Shown: positions 53,922 through 64,000 of the stretch, piece after piece | Position numbering within the stretch: the first letter of the stretch is position 1 | How the letters are laid out: each line of letters opens with the position of its first letter | Notes under the pieces: generated by a model | The model's database searches: none | What the model was told of the DNA's origin: nothing | What the model saw: the letters and a program-made list of their open reading frames with translations, nothing else | Source: Octopus sinensis | Taxonomy: Eukaryota | Assembly: GCF_006345805.1 (NCBI RefSeq) | Contig: NC_042998.1 | Location: 42,346,001-42,410,000, forward strand | Length of the DNA stretch: 64,000 nucleotides | Direction of reading: 5' to 3' | Translations under genes and position numbers: made by a program

Positions 53922-55613
53922 CGATGACGATGACGACGACGACGATGATGATCCACCATCTCATTATTTTACTTCCATATCTAATCCATACATTTTGATG
54001 GTGTGTCACAAAAGGGTTATAAAGACATATGGAAATGTACTTTAGTAGTTATACAAAAACATGGTAGAAGAATGTTATATAATACATTGGAGTATATTAA
54101 ATTTTTTAAATTTCACACAAGTAAATGAATATACATATTAAATTTCATAAAATTATACAAGTGAATTAATGAATATATAAGTATATAGATATTAATAAAA
54201 CAATATAAATGAATCACAAAGAATAAAGATAAAAAAATAAAAACTGGCAACTGGGTTTGACCAAGGTCTACTTATGTTCCTGCCCCACCCACTTCATTTC
54301 ATTTATTCTAAAAACATAATTCAAAATGTTCATTCCTGAAGTTGTTTGTTGTCTATTCAGGTATTTGAGTGGATGACAGCAGGCCAATGTACTCTTGGAA
54401 AATAATCTATAGATACTTATAAACTTTGAGAATGGTTCTTTTTAGCAGGCTATCACTTGCATGTTCCATATAGTTGAAGCCCATGTTATTCAACCTATAT
54501 ATTTTTTATTTGTCACTGTATATTATTTAACATTTTCACCAGTGTCTTATTATTTATTTTGGTTTTTCAAAAATGTATGTACGTCATATAGTTCAAGGGT
54601 AAGATGAGTATTTTCCCCACATATTACAAAGGTAACTCTCTAGGAAAATCCCACATTCATCTTGCCCTTTGTGGAAGCATGCAGCACCAGGGGTCTCCCA
54701 TGGATCAGTTCTGTCATGAACAAGAACATATTTTCTGTCTAGACACAGCCTCTCCCTTTGGTTTTTATAGCCAACAAGCTTTCTGATTCCCTACTCCCAA
54801 CTGATAAACCACCACACATGCATTCCACTCCATCTCCTTTCTGCACATTTAACCATCATCCATACATTATGATGTCTTGTTTGTGCTTCAAAAGTGTTTT
54901 TATACCCTACTATATCAATATTATCTACGTCCCAATGCTCAATTGCTACCTCAACCTCAACTTCCATCACTCTGCCTCACATACATTCATCACTATTAAA
55001 CACACACATATTCACAGACACCCTTTCACCAACTCAATTTTTTACTATTGCATGCATTCACATTCAAACTTCAATGACTTCCATACTATTATGAGCACAC
55101 ACACACACATACACATATACCTATACTCAGCTACTTGTCATTCACTGAAATATTTCAGCATATGGCCAACATTAGCACTGCACTCTCTGCCATTAATTTT
55201 TCCATATAAATGCATTCGTTTTATTTTCCCTATTTTTTTCATTCTTTTGTCCCTCTTCTTTTCCGCAATATCTTAACAAAGGATAGATTGCCCAAAATAT
55301 CGATCTCTCTTTCCTTTCTTCACCACATAATATATTGACTTTGTATTTTAATCTCTTTTGTTGCTTTGTTTTTTTGTATTTCTGTTCTTGCATTTAATTC
55401 ACCTGTATGCACACACACACAAATATATATATATACATATATATATGTATGTATATCATCATCATCATCGTTTAACGTCCGCTTTCCATGCTAGCATGGG
55501 TTGGACGGTTCAACTGGGGTCTGGCAAGCCCGAAGGCTGCACCAGGCCAGTCAGATCTGGCAGTGTTTCTACAGCTGGATGCCCTTCCTAACGCCTAAAA
55601 AGATCAACGTCGC

Positions 55614-55654
<41 letters not shown>

Positions 55655-55705
55655 TATATATACATGTATATATACATACACATTTACATACAAGTGTATA
55701 CATAC

Positions 55706-55769
<64 letters not shown>

Positions 55770-55993
55770 TATATATATATAGTTACAAATTGAGATAGGG
55801 TTTGTAAATGCAACCCTCCATGGGATAACATATATCCAATATACTGCTAGTGAAGTACCCAACAAAGTTAATACATAAATGTTAATGATTGCGATGCAAT
55901 CAATTCATTTACTGTATTATATGGGCAAAGGTAAAATGATTTACCACAAATTACTAATACAAGATAAGAAAATGGAGAAATACATCTAAATCA

Positions 55994-57240
55994 TACAGGG
56001 TGTGATGGGTAAATTGTCATACTTTTAAATTTATAATTTCGGGCATGTGCATTGTTTGTTTTTGATTTTGATGACTACACAGTATATTAGGGTCAGTTGG
56101 GCACCATCTGTGAGAAAAGCAGCACCATAACACAATTCACTTTGCTAGAAATTTGGAAACAACATGCTGTACTGTTTGGCATTCATGCCAGAAGCTCCAA
56201 TACGAATATTTCAGAGTGCTTGCATGCCAATCTGAGGTTAGTGTAGAAGATTCGGAAAGAGTTGGATGAGTCTAATGGTGATTATGAAGGTACAGTAGCT
56301 TGGGAAACTTACTCTGATCATCCTGATAAGAAAAGAACTCCTGAATTTGTTGGTGAGATCCAGGCCATGATTGACGACGATTCCTCCAAGCCAATCTAGT
56401 CCATCACCAAGGACATGGGGATGTCTGAGTTTCTCATCAGGCAGATAGTGCATAAAGACATTTGGTATTCCTCATACAAAATGAGAAAGGGCCAATTTTT
56501 ATCCCAAGCCACCGACGGCAAGAGAAATGAACAAACTCTAGCATCCTGTCCAACCGAATATGCTTTGGTTTTTCTCAGACGAGAAATATTTCGGCCAGGA
56601 TCAGATGGTGAACACACAGAATAACTGTTTGCTTGCCATGTCCGCAAAACATGCACTGAGAGAGATAGAAATCAAACATCTCATCAACATCATGGTATTT
56701 GGAGTGATCATTATGCCTCCATATATCTTCCCACATAGCCTCAGGCTCAACATGGAGGCCTACATCAAGTGCATGGAGGAGGTAGTGCTGCCTTGGGTCA
56801 AGAGGGTGGCTACTGGAAGACCCTATGTCTGGCAACAGGACTCTGCACCATGCCACACAAGCAGCAGAACCCAGTCATGGCTGTTTGACAATTTCTGAGA
56901 CCACATCACTCCTAACATCTGGCTGCTTCACTCCCCAAACTGCAATTCCCTTGATCTTTATGCGTAGGGCACAGTTGAGAGAGAGAGAGAGAGAGACCAA
57001 CAAAACTCCTTGTAACACCAAAGATGAACTGAAGGCAAGTATTGTGGCAGTATTCACCAACTTAAACAAAGAGTCTGTCCAGAAGAGTTACAGAAGATTC
57101 TGAAGTCGTCTGGAGCCTGTGGTTGAAGCCAATGGCAATTTTATTATGTAATTTTGGTAAATATATCTGTTAAAATGAGATGTCAGTGTTATTTTCATTT
57201 TTGCTTAATTTAGACCACAATTTATTTACTGCACCCTGTA
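55994..57240 (+). mobile_element. Decayed Tc1/mariner transposon of the DD37D (maT) group
   Basis: TA|CAGGGTG...CACCCTG|TA ends. WFFSDEK and VWQQDSAPCHT motifs, with exactly 37 codons between the QD aspartate and the D of SPNCNSLD (counted, including one in-frame stop). Multiple stops and frameshifts. Confidence 0.9.
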
Positions 57241-57647
57241 TGTATGTATGTATGTATGTATGTGTATATATATATATATATTTATATAAAATTGAATAAG
57301 ATAGAGTCAATGAGAAGGAGTAAGGTTGGACAGTTATTTTTTAATCATTACACGTTTGCATACAACATAGTTCTTCATATATACAGGAATTTGATTATGC
57401 AACAGTTTACCTGTATAATGGGATCCAGTTGTATTTCTTCAGGTTATATTCAATTGCTGCCCCAGCTAGTTACAAAAGCTTCAACTTCGATGTTAACACA
57501 TATATATATATACATTAAATCACTAAAGTTAAAGTCTGGTCATAGAGTGACCAAAGGTTTGACATCCATGAAAGCTGCAGTATTGTGGACAGCTCATCAG
57601 ACTCTATACAATTTCCCCTGACCATCTTCCAGTTATTGTAGGTTATT

Positions 57648-57875
57648 GTGGAGGCGCAATGGCCTAGTGGTTAGGGCAGCGGACTCGCGGTCGCAGGATC
57701 GCGGTTTCGATTCTCAGACCGGGCGTTGTGTGTGTTTATTGAGCGAAAACACCTAAAAGCTCTACGAGGCTCCGGCAGGGGGTGGTGATCCCTGCTGTAC
57801 TCTTTCACCACAATGGCGGTGCCCCAGCATGGCCACAGCTCAAGAGCTGAAACTGGAAAAACAAAAACAAAACAA
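57648..57875 (+). mobile_element. SINE with a family-D tRNA head and a CR1-LINE tail
   Basis: A box TGGCCTAGTGG and B box GGTTTCGATTC; CpG-rich, so probably young. The 3' 55 bp are nearly identical to LINE positions 32226-32275. Confidence 0.85.
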
Positions 57876-57878
57876 ACA

Positions 57879-57912
<34 letters not shown>

Positions 57913-58868
57913 TATATTCACATATCTATAGATATACAGGCATGGATATTATATACATATATACATACATATATATATATATATTATACACATGTATATA
58001 TATATATGTGTATATATATATATATATATATAATGTATGTATGTATGTATGTATGTATACACACACACACAAAAGTGTGTGTGACTGTTTCTATATTTAT
58101 TGTTTATGTTGATCAAAAAAGAAAAAAAATGAAACTAGTGTCTTTATTTATGTCATATTCCTTCTTGTCATGTAACTGTAGCAATTCATCAAATAAAGAT
58201 TGAAGAAATGAGTACTAGCCTGAAATAAGTCCTGAGACTTAAAAAACTCTTAAAAGCAGTGCATAAAAGCATGACAACAGATCAGTGGTGGAAACCAGTA
58301 AAAAAAATATCAATAAGCGAATGTGCACGGGGCACCATAATACATACTTATAGACATCTGTTGGTCTTGAGAGAGACCATGGATCTGCACCTGAAGAAAC
58401 TGTGTCAGCTGCTGATGGTGGTGTAGCATCTGCTCTAGCTGTAGAGAGCCACCATAACACAGAACTCAATGTATAAATCATTCTACTTCTTAACATTGAT
58501 ATATTACTCAGTACAAGACCATGTCATTCTTATTAGCAAAAGCTATATATTTCTTTCTTAGTACATAGAATATTAGCTTTCTCATGCACATATACTATAA
58601 TAAAGTGCGAACTGAAACTGACTTTGTGGAGTCTTAAACTTCTGCTTTGTATCACTTGCATGTTTGGATAATTTTGCAGGTACAAATATCTTACAACATT
58701 TTAATGATGTATATGTGTGTGTGTGTATATGTATGTGTGGTGTGTGTGAGTGTGTTGTGTGTGTGAGTGTGAGTGAGTGTGTGTGTGTATGTGTATACTG
58801 CATTAAGCAAATCGAGTACAAAAAATGAAAAAAACATAATAAAAGTCCCAGGCAATTAATATTGTTAG

Positions 58869-59005
58869 GTTGATATTCAGAGAAGGAAAAATGTATAATG
58901 ATTCAGACATAGCCCTTCATCAGATACAAGATGATAGTTTGGGGAAGACAAAGAAGAGAGGAAAGAAGATAAGCAAAGTGAGAGGAGAGCCAACAAAAAG
59001 GAAAG
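58869..59005 (+). CDS. Candidate coding exon (Lys/Arg-rich), possibly downstream of the 39 kb exon
   Basis: Acceptor ttaatattgttAG, donor AAAG|GTAGGT, open frame LIFREGKMYNDSDIALHQIQDDSLGKTKKRGKKISKVRGEPTKRK. The phase-2 start is compatible with the 39584 donor. No homology recognised. Confidence 0.3.
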
Positions 59006-59147
59006 GTAGGTTATGGTTATGTGTTCCACTTGTGTATGTAAAATTCAATCAAAATCTACTTCACCATCTCAGATAAGCAATAGAGAATGCTAAGAATTTA
59101 AGTTTCAAGTAACTCTCATAAAGGAATGAGAGGATTGATATTAACTT

Positions 59148-59548
59148 ACACTTTTACTTGTTTCAGTCATTTGACTGTGGCCATGCTGGAGCACTGCATT
59201 TAGTCGAGCAAATCGACCCCAGGACTTATTCTTTGTAAGCCTAGTACTTATTCTATCGGTCTCTTTGCCGAACCGCTAAGTTACGGGGACGTAAACACAC
59301 CAGCATCAGTTGTCAAGTGATGTTGGGGGGACAAACACAGACACACAAACATATACACACATATTTACATATATATGTATATACATATATACGACGGGCT
59401 TCTTTCAGTTTCCGTCTACCAAATCCACTCACAAGGCTTTGGTCGGCCCAAGGCTATAGTAGAAGACACTTGCCCAAGGTGCTACACAGTGGGACTGAAC
59501 CAGGAACCATGTGGTTGGTAAGCAAGCTACTTACCACACAGCCACACA
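59148..59548 (-). mobile_element. SINE family A, full length
   Basis: Close match to 6750-7146 and 13231-13649. Further partial or older copies lie at about 7385-7525, 14565-15058, 16750-16980, 34500-34740, 40551-40985, 44010-44190, 48735-49075 and 53110-53480. Confidence 0.88.
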
Positions 59549-60211
59549 CTCCTACATCTTCCATATAGTTTGCAGACACAATATTCTAAATTAACCCAGT
59601 TTTCTTTAGAAATGTAAGATATAGAAATATATATGTATAGGTAGTTTTGTACAAAAAATATATAGATATTCATATTTGGCTTTATGTTTTGGTTCTTCTT
59701 CATCATCTAGAATTTCTCTTTGTGGACAATGGGAAGTTGATAGTGTTGTACGAGAGAAGGATAAGGTTCTAAATTTCACTCAGTTAGTTGATATTTAATG
59801 CACTACTTAAAAATATAACTCCCTTGAGGCTCTGTGACTGTTCTAGTACATTACAAAATTATTGGGTGTGAAACTAAAATCTAATTATTTTATATCCAGT
59901 CAAGTTGTGATCATCCAACCTTTACACAGGATTCAAGGCAAAATACCACTTGTCATTATACTTAGTAAGTGTAGCATCAAATTTTAGCATATATTAACAG
60001 TGAATTAGAGAATATATTATGCATCTGCAACCTTATAATTCCAACAAGGTCCATAAGCTATCATTATCTTTCTGTATTCCAGTATGCAATTTATTTTCTG
60101 TATGAAAAACCTCACTTATTTGTTTCATTTGATTTCAAAAGTAACTCACTACCTAAATAAGGAGAAAGACCTTTTTAAGAATTCATAAAATAAGAAATGA
60201 TTGCCATATCA

Positions 60212-61679
60212 TCTAACTATAATGGGTGTTATGTCCGTCTGTATGTATGTCTGTCTATCTTTCCCCCACTTTATGGTCAAATGGCTGGACCAATGGTCAT
60301 GATGTTTTTCTGGATTACAAAGGAGGTAATCAGGAAGGTTTATAGTGCAAAAAAAAATGTGAAAAAGTATGATTATTTAGTGGATATTGAGTTTTGTATT
60401 AATAAATCATCTTTGATTTCTTTTTTGCTAAAATTCCGGTGACAAAGATTAACTCTGGAGTTCCGTCCCTGTATAGTTCATGAATTTAGAGGGTTTAGAT
60501 TTGTGATACTATCCCTTTATTTCCCATCATAGATGGGCAGATTTGCTATCTTACTATAATGGTCATTATGTCTATCTGTCTCTTTGTCTGTTCCCTCTTC
60601 ATGGCCAGACGGTTGGACCAATGGCTAGGATATTTTTCGGGATTACAAAGACGGTCATCAAGAAAGTTTTTAGCATTAAAAAATCAGAAAGTATGATTAT
60701 TTGGTGGATATTAATTTTTTAATTGATAAACTACCTTCACATTTTTATAAAAAATTCACCAAATTTTCATCATAGAGTTTGAGGGCCCCATCGCAGATAT
60801 AAAGGGGGTCACAAGGACAATTAATAGCAAAAATAAAATGGAAAAAGTATATAGTGTGTGTGATTATTTAGTGGTTATTGAAATGTGTCAGTCTCAAGCA
60901 GGATTCGAAACAGCTAATTGAAGCAGCTGTTGTTTACAACTCAGTTTTGTTAATCAAAATAACCCATGGTACAAGAACATCCAGACATTATTCACATAGA
61001 ACAGTGAGAAGCAAGTCTTAGTTTGATTTTTTGCAACCCTAAAGATTCTGCTTGCACATTCACAACAAACAAGGCACAAGGCCAAACTTTAGATTATGTA
61101 GGTGTATTTTTATCCACTCCGATGTTTACACACGGCCAGTTATATGTCGCTATGAGTAGAGCAATGGACTCCAGTAATTTGAAAATTAGTGTCGCCCAAA
61201 CAGAAAATATCATTTACAAAGAAGTTTTGTAATCATATTGATATTATCGAAAGGAATATGATTCATAATTTAAATAAGGAAATTTGTGAACCTTGAATGT
61301 ATAAGAGTATAAACAAGCGTAAAATAGTGTAAACAACTAAAATAAAAGTATATCTAAATAACATTTTTTTCTTAATACTTTTTATGTTGTGGTTGAAGGA
61401 AGCTCTGGCTTTTGTTAGGAGTGGTCCACATAACCATTCATGATACAGAGGCTTGGAGCCTATTTCAATTCAGGAGTGAATAATCATTACATGTCACTTA
61501 GTCGCAAACACATGTCATATAGCTGCAATAGAATACTGTATCACCAACAATAGTGTGATTTCTTTAAGACCCCCACCTAGTAATCTATCAAGTCCATTTA
61601 CACATTTCTCAATACATACTGCTGTTATGACTTTCCTCCCTCATTTTATGCCTCCATCGAGGATGGGTAGATTTGCTAG
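60212..61679 (+). mobile_element. Composite two-unit Helitron with a RepHel (PIF1-like) helicase remnant
   Basis: A|TCTAACTATAAT start. Internal hairpin CCCATCATAGATGGG plus GATTTGCTA joined to a second start TCTTACTATAAT at 60549. Terminal hairpin CCATCGAGGATGG plus GATTTGCTAG|T. The two units share a similar 5' region. Confidence 0.82.
61040..61232 (+). pseudogene. Helitron PIF1-family helicase C-terminal fragment
   Basis: TFTTNKAQGQTLDYVGVFLSTPMFTHGQLYVAMSR...TENIIYKEVL* matches PIF1 motifs V/VI and the typical RepHel C-terminus. Confidence 0.9.
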
Positions 61680-62520
61680 TACTTTATAATTCCTCATTGT
61701 CATTTTGATCTTATTTTCTTTGTAGAGATTAAAGAATATAGTGATGTGATTTGGCATAAAGTAGATAGATTTGTGGTGTTAGTTAGCATAGTTTATACAA
61801 ATTAGTTGGCTTGACTTATACAGACTAATCAAACTAGGAACATCAGTTAATTTATAATATGAATATATGTGCAATGTAAATTGAAATGTGTTGGAGAGTT
61901 TTGTAATATTGCTTGCCTTTCTTTATATTTGCTATGTATTAATTAATTTTTTCTGCCAAAATCAAACATTTTGGTTAACTGCAGCTATGTCTCTCCATAA
62001 TTAATTTGGCTAATCTTTGTTCCACTAGCAAAGTTCAAAACTGCCAAACCAATGCCATCATTCATTCTCATCCCATAATTATACATCCACTGTCTCATGC
62101 AAGAAGCATTTAATAGCTTTCATTTTTATTCACTTTCTTTATTTCAATAAAGTTATAATATTTCTTAATAAAAATGGAAATTATTTTCTGGAAATATTTT
62201 TAGCAAAGTTTACGAAGAGTAAGAGATGTTTTAAGCCATACATCAATATATTCGATATAAATTATTTTAGATTAAAACATTTTCTTAAAAATTTTGATTT
62301 AAATCTCTTCTGTCAAGAATTTTGTGATTATTGCTTGAGTTGAAAACAGATATTGATTGGCAGGCATGTTTAATTCTAACTGACAGCCAATAATATTAAT
62401 ATTATTGACTAGATTGAAGTGAGTACATATGATGAGAAAATTTTAAAGAAACTAAGATATTTATAATTAACACATTGGTAGGAATGAGGAAAGAGAAAAA
62501 GGAAAAAAAACTTTATTAAA

Positions 62521-62910
62521 ATAATAATAATAATAATAATGAATTTATTGTACAGTGCTCAGATGCACTACAACTCATCAAAAATATCTAACCAAAAACT
62601 GCATGAACAGTACATAGAATATGCACAGGAAGTGAACCGTAAATAAGTCTTCAAAAAGAAGGAAAAGAGTAAGAATGATAATAAGAAATGGGGGTAAGGG
62701 GCATCAAGTGTACTGTTGGTGAATTTTAGAAAGCATAGGTGTTTTCAAAGATGTGGTGTTTCAAAAGCTAACTGATGCAGGTAGTTTATTTCATGCGTCA
62801 GCAATTCTGAATGTGAAAAAATGTTTCAAAAAGTCATGGGTGCTGTGTTGTTTTTTGATTTTGTAAGCATGTCCACAAATGCTAGGCATATGGAATTCAA
62901 AAGGGAGCCC
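62521..62910 (-). mobile_element. CR1-type LINE 3' fragment with an (ATT)n tail (a different family from the 29.8 kb element)
   Basis: Decayed GHAYKIKKQHSTHDFLKHFFTFRIADAxNKLPAS, resembling the RGHxxKL...FFxxRVxxxWNxLP motif. Ends ...GCACTGTACAATAAATTC(ATT)n. Confidence 0.68.
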
Positions 62911-63017
62911 ATTTTACCTTTCAGTTCTTACTTTTTGTATTTCTATATGTATTTTATATTCATAAATTTTCATTACTTGTTTTACATACATACATATGTA
63001 CGTACATTCGTATGTAC

Positions 63018-63056
<39 letters not shown>

Positions 63057-64000
63057 CATGCATACACAGAGTCACATATATATATTGTTATATGTTCAAG
63101 GATTTTCACTATGCAAATTTCTTCAGTTACTTGATGGATTGTACTTTGCGAAAAGCCCTGAATAACAAAGGAGTGAATGATTATTTCATATGAATAAATA
63201 GTATAGACTGTATTGAGTATGCTTTCTTCTATTTATATATCTAGACACTCACATATGCACACACATATATATTATACCTTGTGTGTACAGTTAGATGTCT
63301 GACTGTTATTATTAAGTTCAGAGCCTCATGTAGGGTATTATCATCCAATCTGCTTTGAGTATAGTGCTTAGGTTACTAGTATACTTAGTAGTAGTGTTGG
63401 TTATAATATGCAGAGTAAACATAGGAGAAATTATGACAAACACCATATACATATACATATGTATATGTATATGTCTACACACATGTGCACACATGCACGC
63501 ACGCACACACGCACACATACACACACACATACACACAATATATATGTGTGTGTGTGTATATAATAATACACTTGCCCAAGGTGCCACATGGTGGGACTGA
63601 ACCCAGAACCATGTGGTTGAAATTATACAGTATATAAAAAAACAAAAAAACAACAACTCTTAGTGCAAAAGGAGTGTCCATAATAAACCTCAGCATGCCC
63701 TCCCATGTTAGTGAAATTGATACAGTTGACCTTTCTGCTTATTGCTGCCTTTTGAGAAAATAAGGTAAGGGATGAATCATCAGACAGTTATAAGTCTGAA
63801 GGTAAAAGCTTGAACAAATTGTTTGGTTTAAAGTTATATAGTGAAATAGAGATAAGGGGATGAAAAGAGGCAGGTGAATCAGGCTGGGGATACTACACAT
63901 CTTGTTAGTTCTGAGAAGCAGGAACTGTAGTCGTAAAGGTAGAAGATACAGAGGAAGGATTCTTCTTATCTCTGTATTACTGAGTGAGATTTATCAATCA

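Noticed and set aside
57648-57725. tRNA-like sequence with A and B boxes
   Set aside because: It is a SINE head: it continues into a repeat body and LINE tail and lacks a complete cloverleaf.
59900-59964. 65 bp segment between a good acceptor and GTAAGT
   Set aside because: Two frames are open, no homology is recognised, and it is not phase-compatible with the 58869-59005 candidate.

Overview
Eukaryotic genomic DNA, very AT-rich and dense in microsatellites. The SINE/LINE repertoire looks like that of an octopod cephalopod; this is an inference from remembered repeat families, not a database hit. Gene content is sparse. Two clean minus-strand exons (15496-15675, 12569-12718) encode the C-terminal end of a TBC1D2/TBC1D2B-like Rab-GAP. 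One large plus-strand exon (39045-39584) encodes a Ser/Thr-rich segment followed by a coiled coil, and several weaker exon candidates exist. Most of the rest is transposon-derived: a 2.5 kb 5'-truncated CR1-group LINE, RTE and R4/Dong LINE fragments, at least three tRNA-derived SINE families, a mariner, a DD37D (maT) element, a long-inverted-repeat mariner derivative, Helitrons and MITEs. The most interesting signals are (1) a hammerhead-ribozyme-like fold with a compensatory G3-C8 core inside a 260 bp palindrome, (2) SINEs sharing or swapping the 3' tail of the CR1 LINE present in the same window, (3) Dong-type LINE ends sitting in (TAA)n tracts, one of them duplicated in tandem, and (4) a possible antisense gene nested in a very long TBC1D2 intron. 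Nearly all ORFs in the supplied track are microsatellite read-through. I found no CRISPR array, rRNA or true tRNA gene. All alignments and folds were done by eye, and boundaries of decayed repeats are approximate.
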